Below are positions 16,572-25,511 of a stretch of DNA of 31,285 bases, piece by piece. Origin of the DNA: Geobacterales bacterium (GTDB taxonomy: Bacteria > Desulfobacterota > Desulfuromonadia > Geobacterales > Pseudopelobacteraceae). The position numbers were made by a program, and so were the translations under genes. The notes under the pieces were generated by a model. It was given only the letters and a program-made list of their open reading frames with translations, ran no database searches and was not told the origin of the DNA. Positions within the stretch are counted from its first letter, which is position 1. The number at the start of each line of letters is the position of its first letter. The DNA is taken from contig JBGSQR010000500.1 of the NCBI GenBank assembly GCA_041737975.1, forward strand, positions 1 to 31,285, read 5' to 3'.

Positions 16572-16946
16572 ATGGAATGCTCAACATGTAACCCCCAAAG
16601 CAGTATCAATAGAATTGTTTATGCCTGTGGCGGCTGTGCAGATGTGGGGGAAGTGGCCGATCAGGTCAGTCGCAAACTTCGTAAAGACGGCTTTGCCACA
16701 CCAAAAGCCAGCTGCCTGGCCGGAATCGGGGCTGGAATGACACCGTTTATTGAGGCGGCCCAGACTGCAGATATGGTGATTACAATCGATGGCTGCGGCA
16801 TAGGTTGCGCAAAAAAAATGATCGAAAACATCAACCTGAAACCCCATGGCATTTTCCTGACCGCAATGGGACTGGAAAAGGGCAAGACAACTCCTTCTCA
16901 GGAACTGACTAACAAACTTTGCGCGGAAATAACTGCACAGTTTTAG
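16572..16946 (+). CDS. DGC-domain putative zinc-binding protein
   Basis: YACGGCADVGEVAD...CLAGIG...IDGCGIGCAKK. Confidence 0.85.
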   Translation: MECSTCNPQSSINRIVYACGGCADVGEVADQVSRKLRKDGFATPKASCLAGIGAGMTPFIEAAQTADMVITIDGCGIGCAKKMIENINLKPHGIFLTAMGLEKGKTTPSQELTNKLCAEITAQF

Positions 16947-16974
16947 GCTGCATTGAGCTCCAAAGGAATCACCC

Positions 16975-17922
16975 ATGTTAAAAGCATTCGCCGACTACGT
17001 TGTATTTACTCAGATTGGCCTTACTCCCGGCTCCCACGCCGGAGAAGCGCTCAACTTTTTCATTTATGATACCCTTAAAATCTTCCTGCTCCTGACAACG
17101 ATCATTTTCGTTGTGGCCATCATCCGCTCCTATTTTTCACCCGAACGGACCAGGCGCATCCTTTCCAGCAAACATGAATATGTGGGCAATGTGCTGGCGG
17201 CCCTGCTTGGCACGGTTACTCCATTCTGTTCCTGCTCGGCTGTACCGCTGTTTATCGGCTTTCTGGAATCTGGCATTCCGCTGGGCGTTACCTTTTCCTT
17301 CCTGATTTCCTCACCCATGGTCAACGAAGTGGCCCTGATCATGCTCTGGGGGCTGTTCGGCTGGAAGATCGCCCTGATCTACGTCGGAACCGGTCTTGTT
17401 GTGGCTATCATTGCCGGACTGATCATCGGCAGGCTGAAAATGGAGAAGTACGTTCAGGACTATGTGTGGGAAGTCAAAGTCGGCGCTGCGGAGATCCAGG
17501 AGCAGAGTTTCAGGGACAAGCTGGAATATGCCCGTGATTATACTTTGGGGCTGCTGAAAAAAATCTGGCCCTATGTGTTTATCGGCATCGGCATCGGCGC
17601 CTTCATCCATGGTTATGCCCCGGCGGATTTTCTGCTGAAATACGCCGGACGGGACAACCCCTTTGCAGTCCCGATGGCGGTTCTGATCGGTGTTCCGCTT
17701 TACTCCAATGCGGCCGGAATCATCCCGATCGTCCAGGCACTGATGTCCAAGGGCATGGCCATCGGCACTGTTCTGGCATTCATGATGGCGGTAACAGCGC
17801 TGTCTTTGCCGGAGGCGGTCATCCTGAAAAATGTTCTTAAAACCCGGCTGCTGGTTACGTTCTTCGGAATAGTTGCCATAGCCATCATCGCGGTCGGTTA
17901 TCTGTTTAACGCAATATTGTAA
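16975..17922 (+). CDS. DUF318 (ArsP-like) permease
   Basis: Polytopic; TPFCSCSAVP, FLISSPMVNE and GVPLYSNAAG motifs; ars context. Confidence 0.85.
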   Translation: MLKAFADYVVFTQIGLTPGSHAGEALNFFIYDTLKIFLLLTTIIFVVAIIRSYFSPERTRRILSSKHEYVGNVLAALLGTVTPFCSCSAVPLFIGFLESGIPLGVTFSFLISSPMVNEVALIMLWGLFGWKIALIYVGTGLVVAIIAGLIIGRLKMEKYVQDYVWEVKVGAAEIQEQSFRDKLEYARDYTLGLLKKIWPYVFIGIGIGAFIHGYAPADFLLKYAGRDNPFAVPMAVLIGVPLYSNAAGIIPIVQALMSKGMAIGTVLAFMMAVTALSLPEAVILKNVLKTRLLVTFFGIVAIAIIAVGYLFNAIL

Positions 17923-17948
17923 ACAATTCACAATAAGGAGACACAAAA

Positions 17949-18176
17949 ATGAAAATCGAAGTACTGGGAACCGGATGCGGCAAATGCAAGGATCTTTATG
18001 AAGCAGTAAAAACTGCTGTGGCGGAAAAAGGCGTACAGGCTGAAATTGTCAAAGTAGAGGACATCCCGTCCATCATGAAGTACGGCGTCATGAGCACCCC
18101 GGCCCTGGTCATTGACGGCAAGGTGGCTTTTTCCGGCAAAGTGGCTTCAGTTTCTGAAATCAAGGCACTGCTATGA
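17949..18176 (+). CDS. Small redox-active disulfide protein (thioredoxin fold)
   Basis: MKIEVLGTGCGKC...VMSTPALVIDG, 75 aa. Confidence 0.88.
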   Translation: MKIEVLGTGCGKCKDLYEAVKTAVAEKGVQAEIVKVEDIPSIMKYGVMSTPALVIDGKVAFSGKVASVSEIKALL

Positions 18177-18565
18177 AAGCGATTCTACTGGCAATTCTGC
18201 TCTCCCTGTCCACCGCTACATTTTCAACCTTGCAGGCAGCCGAGCTTCCTTCATCCAATGCCGCCACAATCAATTCTGCGCTGGCATCCGGCAAGCCAAG
18301 TGTGGTTGACTTCGGCGCCCGCAGCTGCATTCCCTGCAAGAAGATGGCGCCGATTCTGGAAGAATTGAGCAGGGAACTTAACGGCAAAGCCAATGTGATA
18401 TTTAATGACGTCTGGAAGGACAATTCACTGGCAGGTAAATACCGGATACAGATGATTCCGACCCAGGTATTCTTCAATGCAAAAGGCCAGGAGGTCAAAC
18501 GCCACATGGGGTTCATGGACAAGGCCGCCATCCTTAAAGAGTTGAAAACAGCAGGCATGCAATGA
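18173..18565 (+). CDS. Exported thioredoxin
   Basis: Signal peptide ending LQA; DFGARSCIPCKKM; IQMIPTQVFF cis-Pro loop. Confidence 0.87.
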   Translation: MKAILLAILLSLSTATFSTLQAAELPSSNAATINSALASGKPSVVDFGARSCIPCKKMAPILEELSRELNGKANVIFNDVWKDNSLAGKYRIQMIPTQVFFNAKGQEVKRHMGFMDKAAILKELKTAGMQ

Positions 18566-19248
18566 CCATTCTGGACAACATCGAGCAGATCATTACCCTT
18601 TACCCCATGATCGCTTTTGGTGCTGTATTTCTGGCCGGTGTTCTTTCATCTGCATCGCCCTGCGTATTAGCGACGATCCCATTGGTAGTCGGCTTTGTTG
18701 GCGGCTACAGTGACGGAGACAGGGGTAAGGCCTTCCGCTACTCGCTGGTATTCATACTCGGCCTTTCTCTGACTTTTACTGCTTTTGGGGCTGCTGCGGG
18801 GCTACTGGGCACCATGTTCGGCACCATGGGCGGCTACTGGTATCTGGTTGCCGGAGTGATTGCCCTGGTCATGGGTGGCCAGATGATGGGGCTGTATGAG
18901 ATTCCTCTGCCTGCAAGACGTGATTACAAACCAAAACAGGGCGGTATGATCGGAGCATTCCTGCTGGGCCTGTTCTTCGGGGTGGTTTCCTCACCCTGTG
19001 CCACGCCGGTGCTGGTGGTATTATTAACCGTTGTTGCCAATAAGGGACAGGTACTTTACGGCATTGCCCTGCTGTTCTGTTACGCCATAGGGCACTGTCT
19101 GCTGATGCTGTTGGCTGGAACTTTCACCGGTTTTGTGGAGGGATTCGTCAAGGCGAAAGGGATTGTCAATTTTTCTCTCTGGGCCAAACGCATCAGCGGC
19201 GGAATTGTTGCAGCAGTCGGCGGCTGGTTTATCTGGCAGGGGTTTTGA
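18562..19248 (+). CDS. ccdA: CcdA/DsbD transmembrane electron transporter
   Basis: Six-TM pattern with ASPCVL and SSPCATPVL cysteine pair. Confidence 0.88.
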   Translation: MTILDNIEQIITLYPMIAFGAVFLAGVLSSASPCVLATIPLVVGFVGGYSDGDRGKAFRYSLVFILGLSLTFTAFGAAAGLLGTMFGTMGGYWYLVAGVIALVMGGQMMGLYEIPLPARRDYKPKQGGMIGAFLLGLFFGVVSSPCATPVLVVLLTVVANKGQVLYGIALLFCYAIGHCLLMLLAGTFTGFVEGFVKAKGIVNFSLWAKRISGGIVAAVGGWFIWQGF

Positions 19249-19273
19249 TTATTAACAGAATATTGAGGATATC

Positions 19274-19756
19274 ATGATAAAACGAGTCTTAGTCATGTTG
19301 CAGCTGTTGCTGATAATTGCCGTAAAAACCAGCCATGCTGCCGAAGAGGCCCCTTGCGCCTTTGAATCCTATCTGACAGGTTTTAACTACGATAGCCGTG
19401 CAGAAATGAAGATCGACAGCAAACAGCTGCTGAAGCTGCTGGTCGCCAGAAAAGCCGTGTTGGTGGATATCCGTTTTCCCGAGGAAACAAAAGCCTGGCG
19501 GATGGGTTTCGGCCAGTTTATTCCGTTAAACGAACTACCCGAACGCCTTGCCGAACTGCCAAAGGACAAGATCATCGTCACCGCCTGCCCGCATAAAGAC
19601 CGCTCTGCCATAGCTATGGCCTACCTGCGCACCAAAGGGTACACAGCCCGATATCTGACAGACGGCCTTACCGGACTGGCCGAGAATCTGCGTGGTGATA
19701 CTGCCAGGGATTTTTTGGAAGATTTGGGAGCAAATGTTGTCAAAGGTAGCCCTTAA
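19274..19756 (+). CDS. Exported rhodanese-like protein
   Basis: Signal peptide ending SHA; LVDIR, IPLNELPERL, active loop CPHKDR. Confidence 0.82.
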   Translation: MIKRVLVMLQLLLIIAVKTSHAAEEAPCAFESYLTGFNYDSRAEMKIDSKQLLKLLVARKAVLVDIRFPEETKAWRMGFGQFIPLNELPERLAELPKDKIIVTACPHKDRSAIAMAYLRTKGYTARYLTDGLTGLAENLRGDTARDFLEDLGANVVKGSP

Positions 19757-19834
19757 TCAACAGCAACTTAATAATACCCCCAAATCCTTTTGTTAAGCAC
19801 CACTAGACTACTTTTATGCAATTTGTAAAAGACT

Positions 19835-19892
19835 TTGACAATTTGCATAAACGCCGCTAAAGCTACAGTTAACTGTCGATAAAGCGGAGACA
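19835..19892 (+). promoter_or_regulatory. Promoter region of second arsR with operator half-site
   Basis: TTGACA at 19835-19840; AAAGCGGAGACA at 19881-19892 matches 20308-20319 at 11/12. Confidence 0.55.
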
Positions 19893-19899
19893 CACTAAA

Positions 19900-20247
19900 A
19901 TGAAACATCTCGCCCAAACTATCAAAGCCCTTTCCGATCCGATCCGCCTGCGGATCGTCCTGCTGCTGCAGGCCGAAGGCGAACTATGCGTCTGCGATCT
20001 GATGGCTGTCCTCAAGCTGCCCCAATCAACAGTTTCCCGTCATCTGGCCTATTTAAAACGAAGCTGCTGGGTCGATATCCGCCGCCAGGGTGTCTGGATA
20101 CACTACCAGTTGAGCCAGGAGAGCTGTACCATCTGCCTGGAGATGCTGGACATGCTCAAAAAGCACGCCACCATCCTGCCCGAGGCAGAAGCCGACCGCC
20201 ACATGCTGGCTGCCATCCTGAAAGATAAAACCGACTCCTGCCTCTAG
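19900..20247 (+). CDS. arsR: ArsR/SmtB family repressor (copy 2)
   Basis: KALSDPIRLRI, ELCVCDL, QSTVSRHL; additional Cys residues (SCW, SCTIC, C-terminal SCL). Confidence 0.92.
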   Translation: MKHLAQTIKALSDPIRLRIVLLLQAEGELCVCDLMAVLKLPQSTVSRHLAYLKRSCWVDIRRQGVWIHYQLSQESCTICLEMLDMLKKHATILPEAEADRHMLAAILKDKTDSCL

Positions 20248-20292
20248 CACAATTTCCTCGCTCAAAATTACCGGATGCAACACAATTGTCAC

Positions 20293-20324
20293 TTGAATGT
20301 ATCCGCCAAAGCGGATACATTCAA
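20293..20324 (+). promoter_or_regulatory. Perfect 14-4-14 inverted repeat upstream of acr3, probable ArsR operator
   Basis: TTGAATGTATCCGC-CAAA-GCGGATACATTCAA. Confidence 0.75.
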
Positions 20325-20376
20325 AGCAGAGATTATTCTTCCACTGACAGTTACGGATTATGCACGGAGAACTACC

Positions 20377-21426
20377 ATGAGCGAACATATTTCCCATAAA
20401 CTATCCTTCCTTGACCGCTGGCTGACACTCTGGATCTTTGCCGCCATGGCTCTGGGAGTAGGCCTCGGATATCTGGTGCCCGGCACGGAAAACTTTATCA
20501 ATTCCTTCCAGGTTGGCACAACCAATATCCCGATTGCCATCGGACTGATAGTGATGATGTATCCACCTTTTGCCAAGGTAAAATACGAGGATATGCCGGA
20601 GGTCTTTCGCAACAGGAAAATTCTTGGGCTGTCACTGATCCAGAACTGGATTATTGGGCCGGTACTGATGTTTGCACTGGCGGCACTGCTGCTGCCGGAC
20701 AAGCCGGATTACCTGGTTGGTCTGATCATGATCGGCCTGGCCCGTTGCATCGCCATGGTGATTGTCTGGAATGAACTGGCCAAAGGCAATACGGAATACG
20801 CGGCCGGACTGGTTGCCTTCAACAGCATCTTTCAGGTCCTGTTTTACAGCGTCTATGCCTGGTTTTTTATTACCGTACTGCCGCCGCTGGTCGGACTGCA
20901 GGGAATGGTGGTGGATGTGAGTATCGGCCAGATTGCCGAGAGCGTGTTCATCTACCTGGGAATTCCCTGTATTGCCGGAGCCTTGACCCGACTGATCGGC
21001 GTCAAGGTTATGGGCAAGGAGCGCTACCACAGGGAATTTGTGCCGAAGATCAGTCCGCTAACCCTGATCGCACTGCTGTTCACCATCGTGGTCATGTTCA
21101 GCCTGAAAGGCAACCTGATCGTGCAGCTACCAATGGATGTGCTGCGCATCGCCATCCCGCTGCTGATCTATTTTGTGGTCATGTTCCTGGTCTCTTTCTG
21201 GATGGGCAAAAGGGTGGGGGCAGATTACTCCAAAACAACAACACTGGCCTTTACGGCCGCCAGCAACAACTTTGAACTGGCCATTGCCGTTGCCATTGCC
21301 GTCTTCGGTATCAATTCCGGCGCCGCCTTTGCAGCTGTCATCGGACCGCTGGTAGAAGTGCCGGTGATGATCGGCCTGGTCAATGTGGCTTTCTGGTTTA
21401 AAAAGAGGATGTTTGATGCTGCATAA
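20377..21426 (+). CDS. acr3: Acr3 arsenite efflux transporter
   Basis: GGAG RBS before ATG 20377; [47 protein letters not shown] motifs. Confidence 0.96.
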   Translation: MSEHISHKLSFLDRWLTLWIFAAMALGVGLGYLVPGTENFINSFQVGTTNIPIAIGLIVMMYPPFAKVKYEDMPEVFRNRKILGLSLIQNWIIGPVLMFALAALLLPDKPDYLVGLIMIGLARCIAMVIVWNELAKGNTEYAAGLVAFNSIFQVLFYSVYAWFFITVLPPLVGLQGMVVDVSIGQIAESVFIYLGIPCIAGALTRLIGVKVMGKERYHREFVPKISPLTLIALLFTIVVMFSLKGNLIVQLPMDVLRIAIPLLIYFVVMFLVSFWMGKRVGADYSKTTTLAFTAASNNFELAIAVAIAVFGINSGAAFAAVIGPLVEVPVMIGLVNVAFWFKKRMFDAA

Positions 21427-21454
21427 AGCATTCTTGATTTAAGTTTACACTTAA

Positions 21455-21482
21455 AAGCCCCGTCCATTTTTGAACGGGGCTT
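21455..21482. terminator. Terminator between convergent acr3 and FlgT-like gene
   Basis: AAGCCCCGT / ACGGGGCTT arms with A and T tracts on the flanks. Confidence 0.75.
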
Positions 21483-21511
21483 CTTGTTATACTTTTAAAG
21501 GAGATTAACAA

Positions 21512-22690
21512 TCAATTCCCCTGAAACTTAACCCTGATACTATTCCCCCGTGCTTCCACAACCTGCAGCTTGCTCTTACCCACACTCAAACCATGGATCA
21601 GCTGAGCCAGTCGTGCCGTATTGCAATTCTGCCAGCCGACCGCAAGTTCCATGCGGCCTTGCAGGTAGCTCTTCTGATTGACTCTGCTGACCCCCTTGAC
21701 CCCCTCCATCAGCGCGCTTCTCAGCTCATCGGCACTGCTGAACGGAACCCCTTCAAGGATCAGCACAATTTCATGCTCGTTATAGCAGGCATCCAGCCAA
21801 CCTTTGATGATACTGGAGGCGATATTGTCACCCAGCTTTTCCGCCGCCTTTTGGGCTGCTTTCTGCGTCCCCAGACTGTAGCTCTGGTGAGGCAAACTGG
21901 CGTCTGCCGAGGCCGAGGCCAGCATACGTCCGGTAACATTCTCAAAAACTTTGGCGGTCAAAAAGGCGCTATAGCTATGAATTCGTTCATTGTAGGGAGA
22001 AGAGCCGTTATCCTGAACCACCGCCTGACCGGCTATGACCACCTGGGAAAGAAAGGAGGCTTCTTCAAGAGCCTTACCGGTTTTATTGCCGGTGGCTTCC
22101 ATCAATGAAGACTGACGCAACCGCTCAGCCATGAGGGCCGAGACCTCGGCAACCCGAAATCCCTTTTTCACCAACCGGGCCGTAATAGTCTGTTCAACCG
22201 TATCCAGATTGAGAGAGACAGACTTCTGATCCTTATCCAGTGACTTCTGGGTAAAGGAGACAACCACTGTGGGATAGTTCATCTGGGGCAGAACATGGGC
22301 CAGGGCCGCCACATCATCCGCCAGGGCCATACGCTCAACCTGGGCCTTAATTTTAACGACACAACTGCTGTCCTGGCAGGATTTATCCAGAATTTCATGC
22401 TTTTTCACATATCCTTCAACTTTGGCAAGTATCCGGTCATGAATCAATTCGTTCTGCTCCACCAAGGTCTCGCTGCTGATCAGCGTACCCAGCACCTGTC
22501 CGACCACAGTCCGCTGTGCATCGCGAAGCGCATCATTCAGTGCAGCTTCACGCCCCTTGCCTTCCATAGCCGCCGTCCCCGTACCTTCCACCCAGCTGTC
22601 GTCTGTTTGGGCAGATACGGCCAAAGGCAGGAACAGCATGATCATGAACAGAAAGGCGAACGTCCTGGAAAACAATTGATTAAATGACAT
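21512..22690 (-). CDS. Exported FlgT-like (FlgT_N/LPP20-type N-terminus) envelope protein
   Basis: Signal peptide ending AVSA; VEGTGTAA...AALNDALRDA...GTLISSETLVEQ...KVEGYVKKHEIL pattern; middle alpha/beta domain. Confidence 0.7.
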   Translation of the reverse strand: MSFNQLFSRTFAFLFMIMLFLPLAVSAQTDDSWVEGTGTAAMEGKGREAALNDALRDAQRTVVGQVLGTLISSETLVEQNELIHDRILAKVEGYVKKHEILDKSCQDSSCVVKIKAQVERMALADDVAALAHVLPQMNYPTVVVSFTQKSLDKDQKSVSLNLDTVEQTITARLVKKGFRVAEVSALMAERLRQSSLMEATGNKTGKALEEASFLSQVVIAGQAVVQDNGSSPYNERIHSYSAFLTAKVFENVTGRMLASASADASLPHQSYSLGTQKAAQKAAEKLGDNIASSIIKGWLDACYNEHEIVLILEGVPFSSADELRSALMEGVKGVSRVNQKSYLQGRMELAVGWQNCNTARLAQLIHGLSVGKSKLQVVEARGNSIRVKFQGN

Positions 22691-22705
22691 GAACAGCCCC
22701 CTTTT

Positions 22706-22825
22706 TCCAGTTCCAAATCAAAGATGAAACCAAGGCGGCGAGGACTAAGGCGACGAGGCGTACACGCAGTACGTTAAGGAGCCGAAGACGAGCCAACGAA
22801 GGTAGCGCTTTGATTTGGAATTGGA
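22706..22825. repeat. 120-bp palindromic intergenic element (REP/MITE-like)
   Basis: 18-bp terminal inverted repeats with one mismatch (TCCAGTTCCAAATCAAAG / CTTTGATTTGGAATTGGA), internal AAGGCG(G/A)CGAGG duplication and CGTAC-acgca-GTACG hairpin. Confidence 0.65.
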
Positions 22826-22826
22826 C

Positions 22827-23936
22827 CTAAAACTGTGCCATCGTGCCGATATACACTAGGTCTGAACGATAGTTAGTCATGCCCAGCACCTTCTTGTAAC
22901 CAAGGCTGAAGGACCATGTATCGCTCAAATTGGTGCGATACTCGGTTCCCAGTTCATAGTAATTAACATCATCAGGCATGGATGTGTAACTGGTCACATC
23001 ACAGGTCAGGCTGCTGAAAGCGCTCAAAACATTGTCAGGTGTAATGCGGTAACCACCGTTAAGGCCCATTTTCAGCAGGTGCTGACTGTTGTCCGTCGAG
23101 ACATCATCGCTGCGGTTGTACTGATATGAGATACCGCTGCCGAGCTCATATTTCTCTTTCATATAGCGCAGGGATGTGCTGAAACCACCACCGTAAGTGT
23201 GCAGATTATCACTGGCAGCACCACCAATAGAATTCAGCTGGGTAAACAGGTAGTTCATGTTCCCGGTCAGGGACACTTCCCAGTTGGTCGCAGGCTGCAG
23301 ATGGTACTGGCCAAAAGCGACCAGACCGGCCCGATTTCCTTCCAGCTCGCCGATGTTTAGCCGGTCGTAAGGGAGCATGACACCAAAGGTGTATTTATCC
23401 TTATCGTAGGCCAGACCCAGGTTTAAACCGTAGATAGTACCACTGCTGTCGTTGGATTTGACAAACTCACCGCGCAGCATGGCGCCAAAAGTGCGGACCG
23501 CTCCATCAGCTTTCTTCTGGCTTTCCATGCGAAGTTCGGTGGTTGTTTTGACCGACGTCAGCACCAGATTTTCATAAACCAGCCGTGAGGTAACCTGCGA
23601 CGGAGAGTTTGGATTGGACAGACTGCCCAGGGCAATACTGCCGGCAATAACGTTATAAATGGCATCAAAGGCCTGGGCGGCGTTCAGATTAGGTATAGGC
23701 AGACCACCATTAATTGTAATTTCTGCAATTGCTGTCCCTGGAATAAACCAAGAGATGGACTGGCCGTTGACAACATCGGTAAACGACGTACCAAAAGAAC
23801 CGCTAATAGCGTTGTTTACATAGCCCTGCAGAGCAGATTTGGTGTTAAAATTGTAGGTAGCCGACCACCCCAGGGCAGGACTCAACAATAACAGTAAAAA
23901 TCCCAGACAGATGTAACGTGCGGCATAGTTTTTCAT
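22827..23936 (-). CDS. Outer-membrane beta-barrel protein with short N-terminal domain (autotransporter-barrel-like)
   Basis: AAAGGA RBS before ATG 23936; signal peptide; alternating amphipathic strands over the last ~230 aa; C-terminal YIGTMAQF Phe signal. Confidence 0.75.
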   Translation of the reverse strand: MKNYAARYICLGFLLLLLSPALGWSATYNFNTKSALQGYVNNAISGSFGTSFTDVVNGQSISWFIPGTAIAEITINGGLPIPNLNAAQAFDAIYNVIAGSIALGSLSNPNSPSQVTSRLVYENLVLTSVKTTTELRMESQKKADGAVRTFGAMLRGEFVKSNDSSGTIYGLNLGLAYDKDKYTFGVMLPYDRLNIGELEGNRAGLVAFGQYHLQPATNWEVSLTGNMNYLFTQLNSIGGAASDNLHTYGGGFSTSLRYMKEKYELGSGISYQYNRSDDVSTDNSQHLLKMGLNGGYRITPDNVLSAFSSLTCDVTSYTSMPDDVNYYELGTEYRTNLSDTWSFSLGYKKVLGMTNYRSDLVYIGTMAQF

Positions 23937-24011
23937 AACAGTTCCTTTCTTAAATGTAATTCCATTTCCCAATCAATGCTTCTCATTATTGACCGGAAAC
24001 GGATTAAAATG

Positions 24012-24635
24012 TTAACGCAACCTCTTCACCAATCCAATCACTGCGGCCTTGATAGCCTGATCGGAAGCCTCCCCGATATCGCGACCGCGCCCCACACCGC
24101 TGGCCGGGATATATTCCAGGGTTTCCACATCCACGCAGCGAAGCTGTATTCCTACCCTGGTGGTTAATTCCTTACGGGCCGACAATCCCGTAACCTGCTC
24201 GCCCCCCTGGGCATAGTCATAAACCTCACCGTAAACAACCTTTTTCGCCCCCAGAATCCGGCCCATTTCTACCGCAGAGGACTGCTCAACCATACCCGCT
24301 GAGCTCATCCACTGCCGGTCAAGGGCATCCTTGATCACTTCCGGCTTTTCCTCTACCAGCCGGAAACGGTTGGAGTCAAACAGATTGTCAACCACACGAT
24401 TATGAACTCCCAACCCCACATCCTTTGCAAGCAGGTGCGGATAGGCTTTGGCTGCCCGCTCTGAAAGGCCGAGTGGTAGAACAGCCACAACCACTTTTGG
24501 CCCTTCATATTTAGGCAGCTTGTTAATATCCGTAATAAGCCCTGCTTTGGGCGGCTCATCCACATATGTGGTTGCACAGCCTGCCACAAGAAGCAGCATC
24601 AGAGCGACTGTCAGTAAAGTATTTATTGTTTTCAC
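24012..24635 (-). CDS. CsgG/HfaB-family lipoprotein
   Basis: GTG start overlapping upstream TGA; lipobox VAGC; NRFRLVE...AVEMGRILGAKKVVYGEV...VGIQLRCVDVETLE pattern. Confidence 0.8.
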   Translation of the reverse strand: MKTINTLLTVALMLLLVAGCATTYVDEPPKAGLITDINKLPKYEGPKVVVAVLPLGLSERAAKAYPHLLAKDVGLGVHNRVVDNLFDSNRFRLVEEKPEVIKDALDRQWMSSAGMVEQSSAVEMGRILGAKKVVYGEVYDYAQGGEQVTGLSARKELTTRVGIQLRCVDVETLEYIPASGVGRGRDIGEASDQAIKAAVIGLVKRLR

Positions 24636-25252
24636 TGATCTTCCTTTTTTTCGAACATTTTTTTGATCGCCTGCCGGACAGCATCCTGAGTTGCCAGACC
24701 TACGCTGGTCTTGTCAAAATGAATCTTATCGTTGCGAACCTCAAAAAGTATACCTCGCGCCTTGGTGGTTGCAGTTGAACTACCCATGGAGGTCAGCGCT
24801 ATTCGCTCACCTTCCTGCAGGGTCACCTCAACATCCATCTCAATATTCACATTGGAACCGGAAAACGGCCCTGCGAAACCCCTCATCCTGGATTTGCTGA
24901 ACCGCTTTACCCTGGCATAGGCGATTGCCTCACACCCCAACTGCTTTCTGATGGCAGTGGAATCAACCTGCTTCCTGTCTGTTACGGACAAGGTCATCAA
25001 ATCACTAATACGCTTGGTAATTTCCGGATTATCCTCCACAGGCACAAAACGACCTGTGTCATAGAATTCCTGGGCAACAAGACTGGCTATCCCCTGGGCA
25101 ATCAGCAGATTATTGAACTCTGGTTCCTCGGTCTCATTACTTACCGAGACGATCGCCAACCTGCCAGGCGACCCGGCATAGGCCGGAAAGCTGCCGCAGG
25201 CAAGCATTGCCAAAAATAGCAAAACCGGAACGATTCTAACCTTCATCAACAT
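24632..25252 (-). CDS. Exported CsgG/TolB-N-like fold protein
   Basis: GGAG RBS before ATG 25252; signal peptide; LAIVSVSNET...GIASLVAQEFYDTGRFVPVE pattern. Confidence 0.65.
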   Translation of the reverse strand: MLMKVRIVPVLLFLAMLACGSFPAYAGSPGRLAIVSVSNETEEPEFNNLLIAQGIASLVAQEFYDTGRFVPVEDNPEITKRISDLMTLSVTDRKQVDSTAIRKQLGCEAIAYARVKRFSKSRMRGFAGPFSGSNVNIEMDVEVTLQEGERIALTSMGSSTATTKARGILFEVRNDKIHFDKTSVGLATQDAVRQAIKKMFEKKEDQ

Positions 25253-25449
25253 GGTGATTCTCCACAATCTGTTTATACCGGCAACGCACCTGATATAGTT
25301 CCTAATTGCATAATAAAAAACGAAAACTTATGTGCTTTTTGCTTCTGACATTACCGCAATAAAGCATACCGGCACAATTGCAGTATTGCAAGCTTCCAAT
25401 ACTGCTGAATTTACGAAAAATTTGGTATTTAATACCACACAAATATATA

Positions 25450-25490
25450 AAACAAAACACCCTGCTCTAAACGGGCAGGGTGTTTTGTTT
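25450..25490 (-). terminator. Terminator of the nap-onr operon
   Basis: 16-bp perfect arms AAACAAAACACCCTGC / GCAGGGTGTTTTGTTT. Confidence 0.82.
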
Positions 25491-25511
25491 GCAGAAGCTA
25501 TGTAAGTAAAA

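Noticed and set aside
19274-19756. Rhodanese as a Cdc25/Acr2-type arsenate reductase replacing ArsC
   Set aside because: Active loop is C-X4-R (sulfurtransferase type), not HC-X5-R, and the protein appears exported.
24012-25252. Curli biogenesis operon
   Set aside because: No CsgA/B repeat proteins or CsgE/F in the window; the fold similarity alone is insufficient.
25352-25372. Sigma54 promoter for the envelope operon
   Set aside because: GG and GC are 11 bp apart rather than the required 10.
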